This document shows positions 26,075 to 39,640 of a stretch of 64,000 nt of DNA, in pieces (position 1 is the stretch's first letter; every line of letters starts with the position of its first letter). Position numbers and translations under genes: made by a program. The stretch covers positions 80,168,001-80,232,000 of the forward strand of contig NC_087437.1 of assembly GCF_036321535.1 (NCBI RefSeq), read 5' to 3'. The notes below the pieces were generated by a model, which saw nothing but the letters and a program-made list of their open reading frames with translations, was not told where the DNA came from and searched no databases. The DNA comes from Camelus dromedarius. Taxonomy: Eukaryota.

Positions 26075-26230
26075 ATGACACTTTGGAGCTTCCAAGCTCT
26101 AAGCCTGAACTGAATAGCTGTATGTTCTTGGGCAAGCCATCTTTCTGAGCCTGAGTTCATAAATGTAAAATGTCAGGTTGAACAAGATAAAGTCCAAAGT
26201 GTCTTCCAGCTCTAACATTCTGTGATTCCA
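26075..26230 (+). mobile_element. MIR/MIR3 SINE
   Basis: tagctgtatgttcttgggcaagc...ctgagcctgagtt...tcttccagctctaacattctgtgattc. Confidence 0.75.
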
Positions 26231-26924
26231 TGTTTAGTTCTGGAAGGAGGTGATGCCAGAACCTCACCCCTTTCTGAGACAGCCTCAAGCAACCTAGTAG
26301 CTCTTCATCCATGCACCACACTCATATTCTTCACGTAGTCATACGGGAAGCCCATGTCAAATCTGTCTTGATGTTCAACCCACCAGTGGTCCTTTTAGCC
26401 CTGCTCCCAATCCCTACCCTGGTGCAAAGATGGTGTGACCCCTGAGGTCCTTGTCCTTGGTCCCTCAGTCCAAAACAGGAGTCCACAGGCCTATGAAAAA
26501 TGGCACTTCAGACCATAATCAATACCTATCCAAGAAAGGTAAGGATAATTATTATTCAAAATGTCAACAGATATCAATTGAAATTGAAGCTGAAGCACTA
26601 AAGAATCATATCACCTCCTTTGGAATCCTTTGTCAAGAGGTATCATTACATGTCTGGGATGCTTCAAATATATTTGGTTCTGTTTAAAGCAGGTGTGGAC
26701 TTAGCAGATTGTTACTATTCTCCGTAAATTCTGATTCTAGAGTTTGTATGTGAAAACAGCATGAAACTCTGAGCTTGGAAACTGGATTCTAGTAAGAATT
26801 AGCTGTGTATCTATGTGGGACAATTCACTTAATCTTTTCACACTCAAAAATCCCATCTGTGAGATGAGGAGTGGCCGGGCAAGAAGATTTCAAAATCATT
26901 TATATGTATAAAAATCTGTCATCT

Positions 26925-27155
26925 ACAGAAACAGAAGGCAAGATATATCATGTTCTTGGATTGGAAGAATCTATATCATTAAAGTGACCATACTACCCAA
27001 GGCAATCTACAGACTCAGTGCAATCTCTATCAAAATACCAGTGGCATATTTCAAAGAACTAGAACAAATAATTCTAAAGTTTGTACAGAAACACAAAAGA
27101 CCCCAAAGAGCCAAAACAATCTGGAGAAAGAACAGAGCTGGAGAAATCGCCTTAC
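26925..27155 (+). mobile_element. Isolated internal LINE-1 ORF2 fragment
   Basis: ORF 26984.. reads [18 protein letters not shown]...[11 protein letters not shown], homologous to [19 protein letters not shown] in the L1 at 59183-59437. Confidence 0.9.
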
Positions 27156-27361
27156 AGTCATTCTTTCTTACTGGCCACCAATAGCAAAACCAGGCCCCAT
27201 CACTGGAGCCTTCCACTATCAGGGAGTGTCTCCCTCACCCTCACCACCCCCCAATCACCATTGCTTCCACAGTTGTTCTAACTGCCCTGAGACCTGAAGC
27301 CAGGTCACCCTCATTCTGCAAATTTTATTTATCTCCTAATATGAGCCAGACTCTACGCCAG

Positions 27362-27909
27362 TGTGATGGGTAGAATAAGGCCACACAGATACACATACAC
27401 ACACCAAAAAAGACATCCGGGTCCTGATTTCCAGAACCTATGAATACGTTTGGCTAAATGGCAAAGGGGAAATTAGGCTGCAGGTGGAATTAAGTTTGTG
27501 AATCAGCTGACCTGGAGATGGAAAGATCATCCTGAATTATCTGTGTAGATCCAGTATAATCACAAGGGTTCTTATAAATGGGGAAGGGAGGCAAAGGAGA
27601 AAATGTCAGAGTGATGAGTGCAGAAAAGACTCAACCAGCCATTGCTGGCTTCGAAGATGGAAGGAAGCCACAAGGAAGGAAGCCACACAAGCCAAGGCAT
27701 GTGGGCAGCTCTAGAAGCTGGAAGAGAAAAGAATGTGGATTTTCCCCTAGAGTTTCCAAAAAGGAACTCAGCCCTGCCAAGACCTGACTGTGGCCTAGTT
27801 AGCCAAGCTTCAGACTTTGGATCTCCAGAATTGTAAGATAAGAAATTTGTGTTGTTTTAAGCCACTAAGTGAATGATAATTTGTTACAGCAACAATGGGA
27901 AACTGTTAC
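27362..27909 (+). mobile_element. MaLR solo LTR, MLT1C/D-like
   Basis: ccagaacctatgaata...ctctagaagctggaa...ttgtgttgttttaagccactaagt; internal ggaaggaagccaca duplication near 27660. Confidence 0.9.
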
Positions 27910-28046
27910 TACTAGGATATGGGGACACAAGGAAAAAAAAAAAGAGAGAGAGAGAGACATGGTCCTTGCCCTCCAGAAGCTCATAAGCAAGTGGGGTGGG
28001 AAACAACACAGTCAATCTCTGGGAAGGGGAGAGAGCTGTTATTTGC

Positions 28047-28087
28047 CTCAGCACCAAGGTCAGTTTTTCAGCACCACCGGCGGTCTA
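28047..28087 (+). promoter_or_regulatory. Candidate REST/NRSF RE1 site plus a tandem second left half-site
   Basis: CTCAGCACCAAGGTCAG fits TCAGCACCnnGGnCAG; TTCAGCACCA recurs 20 bp later. Confidence 0.55.
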
Positions 28088-28219
28088 CGGTCCTGTTCCT
28101 CCTGAGGCCATTGCCTGGCCTGCTTGTGATTCTGGGGCAAGAACTTTCCCTTCTTCTGTGATAAAGAGATGGCAGTTTCTGCTTTACATATCAAAGGGGG
28201 GGAAATGACACATACAATT

Positions 28220-28770
28220 CAACACATAGCTATAGAGCAGTTTACTAAGCGCCAAGAACAGGAGATACAAAGATGAGTAAAACTGACCCTTACCCTCAGA
28301 GATTTTAAACTCTTTGAGAAAGCAGACACGTGAATTCATAAATTTAACTCCATGGTAAGTGCTATATCAGAACTATGTACTTGGTCCCTTGGGAATACAG
28401 ACAGGAAGGAATTAATCATGCTGAGAAAGTTGGACAGGGAGGGGCTGATATAAAGTCCCAGAAAGAAGGTTACCTGTGCTGTGAGGGGCATTACCCCACG
28501 TGCGTCAATCTGGTTACAGTATGGAGCCTGGACCAGAGAAGGGAGAAAGGAAGCAGGGAGGCCTGACTGGAGGCCACTGCCACAGAACAAGAGGAAAATT
28601 AGGAAGACTTGACTTAAGGCAGCGAATGTGAAAGTAGAGAAGAAAAAGGATTTTTGAGAGCTATGCCTGAGGTTTGAGCAGATGAATTTAACGTGGGGTG
28701 TAAAGGAAAGGAATTAGAAAGAATTCCTTCCATGTTTCTGTTTAAACAACCTAGTGGGGAGTGGTCGTGC
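28220..28770 (-). mobile_element. LINE-2 fragment
   Basis: gatacaaagatgagtaaaactgacccttaccctcagaga...aagtgctatatcagaa. Confidence 0.7.
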
Positions 28771-30705
28771 AAACCCTGCTTCTCAAGCATCAGAATGGCC
28801 TGTGGTTCCTGTTAAAACGCACACTGGCCCCACTCTGGAGTTTCTGGTGCAGTTGCCCTGGTTGAGACATAGCTGTAAACTGAGCTAGGGAAGGCAGCTG
28901 GAGGACCAGGTTACATTATTAAGTATGAAAGGAAGATCAGGCTGAATTCCTTAAGGGAAGAAGCTGCATAAACTTAGGCTGTGTTATCGTTAAAAGAAAA
29001 CCTCTGTCAAAAGCTCATCAGGCTAGGATTAATTGGCTTGGTGTTATCTGAGAAACTTGTCAGCGAATGATAAGTTACTGACTAGAATCTAGTGGCTCCT
29101 TCAAACCTAGAGCATCCTAATGTCAACAGTAACAAGACTTTATCAACGCAGAGACAAACAGAAAAGGAGAGATGGACCATTATTTTAGCTGTTAAAATCA
29201 AAAAATATTTTAACTAATTTTTCTTACATCAGTTACCAAAGTAATCACTTTCTTTTATACAAGGGGAGCAGAATAGGAAGAAAAGAGAGTGAAATCCCTT
29301 GTGAGAACTACCTAAAATTTATTTTTAAGTCCGAGATTATGGAGGCTCCAGACAGTTCATACTTAAGCCTTATTGGTCATCTCCATTCCTAATTCTCTTT
29401 GTTTAAATGTCCACAAGTGTGTGCTGACTCAAATGGCCACACTTATCCAAGCAAAGGCATGGCTGGCCCTTGATTTTTTTCCTACTGGTTTGTTTTATTG
29501 TGTCAACAATAAAGAGATTATTATTAACTGGAAAGTTATGGCTTAAGGTCATAATTTTACTGATCCTACTGAGAGCTGAAGAAAAGCTTGACAAACCGGA
29601 ATAACCCAGGCTCACTTGTCACGTGCATGTGGTTGTGAGGACACAGACCTTTCTTACCAGCCCACAAGGCTCAAGGGAGCATTTTAGTAGATTTGCAAAT
29701 GTTGAGAAGCAGAGGAGGAGAGAAAGCCTGGAAGATGGACATGCGGCTGTAGGAATGCTGGGTGATCACAGCGGGGACAAAGCAGCTTCTCTGCTGATGG
29801 AGAGAGCTCACCTCAGAGAGAGAAGGAACCTGCAGCGGCCGCAGACCCACCATGCACCCAGCCCGCCCGTCCTGCTGACTGCTGCTTGTTGTGCACCTAC
29901 TGTGTGCCTGGCTCTGGGCTTCAGTCACACAGTGCTTTCTACTATCATCAACTCTATTGTCAAGAATTTGTTAAGTACCTGCTTTGCACTGGGCCAAGTG
30001 TCCTTACACTCACACTCACATTCACTCACAGGATTAGCAGACTGGGATTTAAGTAAGTGAATCTACAAAACCCTGAAGCACAAAACGTGTGTTACTATTA
30101 TGTTTGAGTTGATTCTTTTTTCTACAAAGCAGTCACTCCTTCTCTGAGTATAGCCTTGCTGGTTGTGATTAAGGAGCTGGCAGCTCATCCCACACATCCA
30201 GGAGTTCCAAATACCTGTGTTAAAAAGAAGAGTAGAAGGACGTCTGTTCTTCTGCAAACACGGATCATATCTGAAGATGAAACATGAGGCTCAAAGAAAT
30301 GTAATGCATCCCCTATAGCAAGTTAGCCACTCAAGGGGGACTTGGATCAAGAATGTTGGTCTGGATTCCTAAACCAGAGTTATTCACAGTTCCTCCACCT
30401 TGATCATCAGAGATGGGCTTCACATGAGCCAGCAAATCCTGTGTTTGCCTGCCTCTGCATATGCTGCTCTAACCTGTGTACTGTTTTCCACTGATAATGT
30501 AAACACAGGACCACCAACTGCCTATCAGCATGTATTGAGCTGTTTTTCCAGCCTCAGAAAAGATCTTTATGCAGTGTTTCATCCACTCTTACTTGGGCTG
30601 ATAGCGTAATATCACAGTTGGCAGAATTTAAGAATGTTTTGTAGTGATGGAGGATGGCTTTTCTGTGCAAAAATTGACCAAAGTGTAAATCAAATATGTG
30701 CCCTA

Positions 30706-30873
30706 GCACCTCATGATTCCAAGTGCAGTCAGCGGGCCAGCAGCATTAGCATCTTCGGGAGCTTGCTAGAGATGCAGGACCTCAGGCCCAGTTGCAGATC
30801 TGCTGAATCAGAATCTGCACCTTGACGAGACATCCAGGTGACTCACCTGCACATTAAATTTTATGAAGCATTG
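30706..30873. mobile_element. MER5-like hAT-Charlie MITE
   Basis: ccagcagcattagcatcttcgggagcttgctagagatgcag...ctgaatcagaatctgca...tgcacattaaatttt. Confidence 0.85.
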
Positions 30874-31717
30874 TCCTAGACCCCACAAGCACCAAGCCAA
30901 CAGAGCCTCCCAATCACAGTGCAACAAATGCCTTCTGGCTATGTTCAGGTAACAGCTTTCTCAGCTCTCATCCAAGCTGGGCAGAGCCTGGACCATTCAA
31001 AGCCACTGGGCCGCCGCCTCCAGCCACGGGTAGCCTGTGCACTTACCCTGGCGTGCCACACAGTCACAGGCTTGAATTTCTCGTGTGTGCTGTGCTCACA
31101 CAGGAAAAGGTTATGTACTTTTCATGTGCTCTTTGCATGAAAAAGATCAAGAAGCAAGTACTGTTCTAACCGAGTGAACTTGAACAAGTGTTAGAAACAC
31201 GAATTCAATTTCATAAAGTGCTTTGATATCATGAACATTCCATAAAAGCATCAAGTGGTTTGTAATCAACACTAACAAGATGCACTGGAGTCTAGACGCA
31301 GCATAGCTGCTGCTTTGTTTTGAAGACTATCTGGTATCCCAGGAGACAGGGCGATATCCCAACCAAGTGCTTTCTGAAAGCGATTCTTGGAATAGGTTTG
31401 AGGCATCTCTTTTTATCTGATGAGAAGTGAAAGCCACTACACTGAATTATAAGATGGAAGCACACTCTGAGAATGAGAGGGAGCCAGGCTTATAAAACAG
31501 CCCCTTGCATTCTCCTGTTGAGAAAACATCTGCAACTTACATTTTCTCCAGAAAGTCTTGATTTTACATGCTTATTTGGAAAGGGAGCAACAGTACAAAT
31601 AAAAGCATGTCAGATCCACGACTCAGATCCTCTGAAAGGCAAGGTGCTCCACCTCGAAACAGTCGGTGCACCCAGCCACCTTCATCTCAGCCAAACCCAC
31701 AGCCTCTCAACCTATCC

Positions 31718-31954
31718 AACACAGTCCAACACAGCCGTCATTAGCCACACTATTTAAATTTAAAAGTAAGTTTAGTTGACAGTTAAGTTCAAATATAAAT
31801 TCATTTCAACTAAAAAGAATAAAAAATTCAGTTCCTAATTTGTGTTTACTACATCTCTAGTGTTCAAAAGCCACAGATGAGCAGTGGCTACCACGGTGCA
31901 CAGTCGGGTAGAAGCTATTTCCACTATCACAGGCAGCTCTAGCACAAGGCGCTA
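31718..31954 (-). mobile_element. MER3-like hAT-Charlie MITE
   Basis: ttagccacactatttaaatttaaa...aaaattcagttcct...agccacagatgagcagtggctacc. Confidence 0.8.
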
Positions 31955-32374
31955 CTTCAGACTTCCCAAATAAGTCATGCCCCTCTTCAAAATTGCTGCA
32001 GAGAAAGAGACAAGGAGCCGTTCTTTAAGACATTACTATTTCTAACACAACCAATGTAAGTCCAGTAAGATAAAATCGTGAGCCCCCCACACATTTACTC
32101 TCAGGGTCTCTTCCTTCCCTTTCTATCCCCACCCCAGCATAAGGAGCTAGCGAGACTTCCCCTAACACTACGGGGGGTCATGAATCCAGGAAACATCCCA
32201 GGAGAAATACAGTTCGAGTCGTCTAACCATGCCCGCATCCTCCGTTAGTAGAGTCGTGAAGTAGTGCCCACTCCTTCCCTACACACCCGAAATACTCTAC
32301 CAAAATGGCCACCGTTAAAGAGAATTAAATTATGTCTGTTAACTTGTTTATTCTCAAAAATATTTCCACTCATG

Positions 32375-33820
32375 AGGTCATCCATTCTACAAATATGCAC
32401 TGAATGACCCCAGGCACTGTGCTAGGCACAGAAGACACGGTGGTGCACAAGCCAGCCGTGGTCTCTTTCCTCGTGGCTCTGACAGTCTAGCAGGAAACGA
32501 GAAGCAAGCGATTGTAAGTGTGATGAGAACAACACAGGGGAAGCAGTGAAAGATCTAACAGGAAGGCCTGATCTGGTCTTCTGGGCTGGGGGAGGCCTCC
32601 TGAGCAAGTGAGGTTTGAAAGATAAGATGCTAGTTCGAGAAAGAGGAAAGGAATCACATTCCTAACAGTGGTAACACCATGGTCCAAGGCTTTGAAGTTG
32701 GGAAGAACAAAGCAAGAACCGAAGGAGAGCCCGTGTGAACAGTGAGGGGCAGACATGAGGCTAAGGCCACAAGGGTCACCATCTGATCTGCCTCTACGGT
32801 CACTCTGGATGCAGAGAATGGATCGGAAGGGGCAAGGTGGACTCACAGAGGGCAGAGCAGTGAGACACTTGGAGGCAGAAGGAGTCAGCAGGCCCCAGGA
32901 CTGGTGGCTGTCAAGAGTGAGGAAGAGGGAGGAGTGTAAAAAGGACCCCACGCAAATGGCAATAACCAAGCACTCATAAACCAAAGGCAAGGAAATCATA
33001 TCAAAGAAATGCAAACTAAAATCACAATGGCATTCTGTGCATCAAATTAGCAAAGATCAGTAATGGCTACCCCAGTATTGGCCAAAGGTGTGATCATGTG
33101 CACACATTCAGACACTGCGGAATGACCTTTCTGAAAGTTTCATCATGTTCATAGCAAGAGCCTTAAAACAAGGTTGACACCCTTCACCCAGAATCCCCCT
33201 ACCAGGTATCTTCCTCCTTGGAAATAACAAGAAGCGCAAACCAAGTTTTCAGCACACGTATCATTGCTGAGATACTTTAAATAATGCAACATTTGGAAAG
33301 ACACCCAACCACCATGAACATGATGACATGAATTTCGGTGCATCCACAGGATCGCTGGAATATTTTGTAGTCATTACCATGAAGTTTGCTAGAAATTTTT
33401 AATCCACATGTGAAATGCTTCTGCTGCAGCCAAATAAAATGCAGGATTAAAACTGTAGAAACTTTATGATTTAAATTCTATTAAAATGTGTGTTTCTAAT
33501 TCAAATTTTATTAAAATGTGTTTAGAAATTTTAAAAAAAGACCCTAAATTTCTAGTTTAAGGATTGGTATAATGGTAAACTGGCAAACACTGTAAAGGGG
33601 TGGGCTTCAGAGAACTGGGCATTAAAGTTAAGTTAGGGACCAATGGAATTAAAGATGTCTGTCAAATAGGATAAAAGGAAGGTGTCTGAGTGGGCAACGG
33701 TTAGATCTGTGGGACATGATCAGGGCTGTAGACAAGGCTGAAACCTCCGGAGTCAATGAGATCACCTCAGGAGGGAGTTAGGATTAAGAAGAAAAGACGC
33801 TGAACGCCCCACCCACCCAC
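32375..33820 (-). mobile_element. LINE-2 split by an L1 3' fragment
   Basis: caggcactgtgctaggcac...gaggcctcctgagcaagtgaggtttga; L2-like sequence resumes at about 33560 (agatgtctgtcaaatagg...tgagatcacctcaggag). Confidence 0.75.
32960..33545 (+). mobile_element. L1ME-type 3' fragment nested in L2
   Basis: atcaaagaaatgcaaactaaaatcacaatg...atcaaattagcaaaga (ORF2 C-terminal IKEMQ motif), then 3'UTR. Confidence 0.7.
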
Positions 33821-34121
33821 CCAGGGCCCCACAATGTGGTCCAAGTGCATCCTGGCTGCAGCTGTGTTCTGAGGAGGGCAGCCCTGCCTTCAAGAGACCA
33901 GCAATCCCTACTGTGCCACTCAGAATCATCCAAGATTCCATCTCAGCAATCAAGCATTTGCGGCTGGCAAGAGGCTGTCTTTCCAAGGTTTTCTGCAAGA
34001 TTTGAAATATTTGAACACTTTCAGATCTTCATCCCTGCCTCTGGGTGAGAGCAGATAGTGTTCACACTAGGTTTCTGGCAGCTCCAGTCCAGAAGAGCCG
34101 TCTTCCCCGATTCCTTGAGGT

Positions 34122-34141
34122 GCACTGCCACCTGGTGGCCA
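34122..34141 (-). promoter_or_regulatory. CTCF core motif (strong)
   Basis: Minus strand reads TGGCCACCAGGTGGCAGTGC, matching the CCASYAGRKGGCRS consensus. Confidence 0.75.
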
Positions 34142-36388
34142 TCAAGTGGCAGAAGCAGTCTTACCCTTCTCTTCCTTTGTGCTTGGTTTGAGATCCATAC
34201 ACTTTTTAAGGTTGCCTTCTACCCAAATTAAGCTATTTTTAGCTTCTTTCATTGAACTTGAAGTGTAACTGAGCAGGAAGGTCAAGCGGCAGTAAAAGGA
34301 ATGACTCGTTTTTTCCCCTCCTCTCTTCAAATATTGTTTTTATACATGTAGGCATTGTTAATGGAGACAGGAAGTATGGGTTGCAGAAGTGGTCACAAAT
34401 TGCTGTAACACCGTAGACATGTTCCTACTAATAATATGGATCACATTTGTAATTGATTTATAGAATTTAATTAAATAAAGTTGGTTTATTTCCCACTAGC
34501 ATTAAACAAAATTCTGGGCAACAAAATATATTTAATGTCTAATAAACCAACATGGTTGCTTTATTTCCTGGTTTCTGCATCAGTCACAAACTTTAGAATA
34601 TACAATATTGTTTTAACAGACAACAGTAAACTCACTCACAGTATACTTTCCTATTTTTCCCATACTTCTCCTCTCACAGATAATACATAATATTATGGAA
34701 AAAGAAATTATTTTGCACTTTCAAGGATGTGCTAAGTCATGGTGGTGGTATCCTCTGTACATAATATTATGATCTATAAGCCTATCTAATGAAAGTAGTT
34801 TTCGATTTAGGCTAAATTTCAACCAAAAAGCAGTAAACTAAGATGGAATTATATAAAGAAACTGATTGCATCACCGCTATTTATTGTAATTCATTGAACC
34901 ACAAAAAACATTCATTGCTAATTTCTGTTTTTGTCCAAATTTCCCAATTATGTGTCACATGAAATAATTACATAGGTTCTATTTTTTCTGAGAATTTCTA
35001 ATTGACAAGAGATCAAACACCTTTGTGTCGCCTGAGTCTTATGCGTAATATTCAGTTGCTTTAAGAGAAACTCAACCAAAAGTCAAAGCAAAATTAAATA
35101 AATAAGAAAATCATAAAACAAAAAGGCCAGTATTAATCATGTGCTTTCTTAATCATCTGAGTTCTCTTTAGCTCGGATGTTTATAAAAACAGCTCTGTGG
35201 AATATATTTAGTCTTCTATCTGAAAGATGCCCAGGACTTTTATTTCTCTAAACCCTACTATATCACTGAATGCATCATTGGTGAATAAATGTGGACAGTG
35301 CCGGGCTGTGTAGCACAAGAAGGTGAATTAAATAAAACAAATTTCTGACCTTGCATTAACTTGAGACCTGATGTAGCCAATGTATAAATCAAATCAAACA
35401 GAAGATGGGAAAGCACTCTGAAAATTACACATCATGCAAACCTGAAGAAGTGTTGTTCTCGTAAGAGTCACATCGCCAACACCACCGTAGAGGAGAGCTC
35501 CGTCACACACACACACGCACCATCTGACCAAGCTGATGTGGTGCATTAGATGAGGAAATTCATAGCAGACGTTAAAACTTAGGGCAGCTGTGAAAGTAAG
35601 ACTCAGCTTTGATATTTCCCACCAACTTTTGGTTTGAGGGTTCACTGTGTGTGAGGCAGCTTATCCTTTTTTTTTTTTTCAATCATATTCTCTGATTTCC
35701 TTTCTCTCTTAATTCCCAGAATAACTGGAGCAGCAACCAAACAGAAAACAGAAGTCTGGATTGCCAGCAGCCCCTTTCTAAATACTGCTGTGCCGTGCAG
35801 TGAGCAGTGATGTGTGTCCAGTCGACATGTGCAGTAAATTGTGTGAAATATCCGTCCCCCAGGTGCCGTGCTGGGAAGCCCTCGCTGCATATCTGAAGGA
35901 TCTCTTTGCTCAGGAAGGTTTAAGCAAAGTTCAAAGCAAAATTTGCTCCCCAGTGAATAATCTTAAATCAAAATCAGGATGCCACAGTCTTGATTCATGA
36001 GCCTATAAAACCCTATGAATCCTGACACACATAGACACATTATTGGATTCCCAGCAATTCTTCTTTTGCTCTTTCCTCTAACAACAACAGCTTCCCCTGG
36101 GGCATCATCACACCCCAGCAGCTTGCGTAGGAAAAGTGGGATTGTGGGAGAAATTTTAAAAGCCCTTCTTATAGGGTACATTTCTTTAAAGTACCCAAGT
36201 GTTCTCTTGGATGCTTACTGGGGAATAAGTCACTAACATCAGCCTCTAGTCCAGAGCCAAAGATTCACTTTCTTGCTGCTCTGTTTTCGAGATGCCCTGC
36301 AACACCAAGTACCCTAGAGGAACTGAAAATAACCCTTCACGGCAAATGGCTACTAGAGACAAGGCACAATGTCGCCCCAGTCCAACCC

Positions 36389-36630
36389 TGTATCAGTCAG
36401 CTCAGGCCACATTAGCAATATACCACAGACTGGGCACTTAAACAATAGAAATGTATTTCTCACGGTTCTGGAGTCTAGAAGTCCATGATCAAGGTGCCAG
36501 CATGGTTGGTTTCTTGTGAGATTCCTCCACTTGCAGACAACAGCTTCTCAATGTCCTCAGATGGCCTTTTCTGTCTGTGAGCGCATGGAGAGAGAGAGAG
36601 AGTCTGTGTCTCTTTCTGCTCTTTTAAGGA
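36389..36630 (-). mobile_element. Partial MaLR LTR, MLT1A-like
   Basis: ataccacagactggg...aaacaatagaaatgtatttctcacggttctggag...atcaaggtgccagcatggttggtttct. Confidence 0.85.
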
Positions 36631-38621
36631 TCAAAGTGTGTACAATTATCGAGGACCCAAGTCAGTTGTGAAAGTGCAGATTTTAAAACCCAAGACAGTG
36701 GTAAGATGCTACAGAAGAAAGGGCGCCACGGATGAGTTTAAACAAAGGGTGTGGTGTGGTTACACGTCGTTTAGAACGATCGTTCAGGTAACAGCGAGGG
36801 AAATGGACTGGGGTCCTGAGACTGAAAGCAAAGAAGAAAGTTCGCAATCTATTATTAACCTGGATGATGAAGACAGAAAACTTGAACTATATCATAGGAG
36901 TATGATCAAAGGTAAGGACACAGACTGGAGAGACGTCCAAGAAACAAAGTCAAGAAAATTTGGGAAAATTAATGATTTCTATCACAAAGGACTTCTGGAG
37001 AAGCATTACTTTAATTGTCTTTAACTTTTCTCACTTCACTCAATTAACATTTCCACAGCCCCTTGATTTATATCTATGTTAGCACACATTGCAAAATACC
37101 TTTAGTTCAATCTAGCTTGCCTTCTAACATATTCTGATCACCTTTCCCAAGTGTACTTTAATTTTACAAATTTAAACATGTTAGACATTGTCAATAGATA
37201 CTGAGAGCAAAGACCTGTTACTAAGTCTCCAACAGCCTTGGCTACTAGTATCCTCCTTAATACACAGGAATTAGATCTCAGAGCTGACCTGTGAACTCTG
37301 GCATGTCTTACTCTCAACGTCCAAACTGGTTGAGAGCTCCTTTGTTCTCCTTTCGTGCCCATGATACACCGTTGTGCTGGGCACCCAGCGCTATGCCTTG
37401 GAATCATCCTCTCCTCTTCCCCAAATTCTTTACCCAGACGGCTTTCACAATCATCATTTCCTTTCTACTTCCAGGCCTAACCCTCCGCAGTACCAGAACT
37501 GTTCCCTTCCGTCCTGCGTGCCGCAGCCATGCCCCTTCCAGAGTCCTGACTCCATCCAGGCACTCAGATTAAGGCCCCCCGACTCCCTCAGGCAGAGCCA
37601 GCACCCTCTCTTAGAGGCTGCATCACAATCATCTGTACGTATCTCCATCCAACTAGACTATGAGATGGTTAAGTGCGAGAGCCTATCCTGTTCAAGCAAA
37701 CCCACACCTCAGGCTTCGGACCCTGTATATACTTTGTTGAATTAATTAAAAGAGTTCTTGTGAGAAGGCAGTTTACATTAGTGATTGTGTTAAACAGTGT
37801 TGCATGAGTATGTACTGTTTCTCCCATTCATGTGGAAAGCACTTAACTGCCAAGCCAGAGTGTTAAAATTTCTTTGTATCTCAGAGAGTCTCAGGCAATG
37901 CCTTAAACCTAGTAGGCACCTAGGAGATACTTGGGTTTGATGTAGGTGGTATCTCTCTCCTCACCGTGGTACAAACTGGAACCAAATTGTAGCCAAAACA
38001 CACTTCTCTACTTCCCCTTTATTAAGTAAGTTTCATTCAAGAGATCATTAAAGACAACCATTTCTCTGATCCTCCTCCAAAATCTGTTAAGCCAACATGA
38101 AGAATTAGCTGGTCCCTGAACCCTATTTGGCTTCCAACTCTGCTTTGTTTGGAAGCAAAGAGTGATAAAGGGAACACAGCCATTGCAGGAGGTTAGAACT
38201 AGACTTGAGCACTGAGTTCTGTAGCCAGAGCCAAACACTACTCTTCTGTCTTCCTTGAAATGCTCTCCTGCCCAGGGTCCTAAAAAGCTTATGGTACTAA
38301 CTAGCTGCCAACTGCCACGTCTCCCGATCACTGCAGAGCCAAGCAGTTAAGCTATGGGAGTAAAATAATCCCTGTCCTCACCCCACTTTCACTCCATTTC
38401 ACTAAACTGAGGATGTTTCATTTGTACAGGTTTCTTACTGAGAGAGGCGCAAACCACAAGGAACAACATTCAAGCAGCTCTCACATTTTCCAGGTTGTCT
38501 TTGCATTGCAAAAAGCCATATTTAACACAGTACTGTTGAAAAGACCAGACTAAGTTCAAGTGCAGCAAATGAGAACAAATGGATGGTTCAACATAGGATC
38601 CAAATGGCTTTGCTCCTAACA

Positions 38622-38885
38622 ACAATAATGTTTATTAAGGGTGCCTGCTCTGTGGCTGCCACTATACTAAGGGATTTATATCCCTTCTATCCTTCTGTGC
38701 ACATTCTGCCATTTAATCCTCACAACAATCCTATGTGGTCACAATTATTCCTACTCATGGACGGGAAAAAATGAAGCTGAGAGAGGCCTGGCTGTGCCTG
38801 TGGATACACAACTAGTGAGCCGGAGGAGCTCGGGTAAACCCAGTTCAGTCTGGCTCCAAACCCTGCCACCTTCACCACTGCTCCT
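38622..38885 (-). mobile_element. MIR SINE
   Basis: catttaatcctcacaacaatcctatg...tgaagctgagagagg...cagtctggctccaaa. Confidence 0.85.
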
Positions 38886-39507
38886 GCCTAAGTTAAACTG
38901 AAAACATCAGACGAAAGGAATAGCCGCTGATGTGGCCGGAAGGACTCAAAGGCACAGGATAAACAGGATGCATCTTCCTGGAGCAATTTTGCTTAATGAC
39001 AAAGTAATAAAATACATTTCAATGTATTAAAACAAACATGAATGCATATCAGCATAATGCAAACTTCACACACATTTTTAAAATAAAATAGAAGGCACCA
39101 AAAAAAGTCTTTTTTGAAACGCAGTCCCACCTGAGGCTGTCTCAGCCTCTACCTGCATCCACTCCTTCCCTCCTCCTCCCACTCCCAGGGTATTTATTTG
39201 GCCCTACATTCCATTAAAAGGCTCAAGTGTGACCTGGCCAATGGCCCACATCAGCAGATACATCCTAGGGGCACATGGACAGGACATGGCAGTGGTAGTT
39301 TTATTTAGGTGGGCACTTCCTGTGCATAGAACTATAGCCTCCAGGCAGAGGCAGAGGACTGGGCACCAAGGCTTCCATCACCAGGTGGGGTTCAACACAG
39401 GACTGACTAGAATCCTAGGCAAGGTAAAACCAGAGAGAAAACAGAGTGAGGGAATCCAAAAGCTGGAAGGGGACCCTTCAGGTTCCAGATTCAGAATCTT
39501 CTGGACA

Positions 39508-39640
39508 GTAAAGAAGAGAGAGAGAAAAGAGGAGAGAGTGAGAGAGAGATGGAGAGAGAAAGGAGGGGGGAGATTAAATACAGAGGGAGTGGAGGAGAAT
39601 GAAGAGGAGAGAGGGAGAAAAAGGAAGAAAGGAGGGAAGT
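39508..39640. repeat. GA-rich polypurine low-complexity tract
   Basis: aagagagagagaaaagaggagagagtgagagagagatggagagagaaaggagggggg... Confidence 0.85.

Noticed and set aside
29623..30060. 145-aa ORF over a mildly CpG-rich patch
   Set aside because: Non-ATG start, ends in MIR/L2-like sequence, and the peptide is unrecognised
32487..33014. 175-aa ORF
   Set aside because: Lies within decayed L2/L1 sequence with no recognisable protein motif
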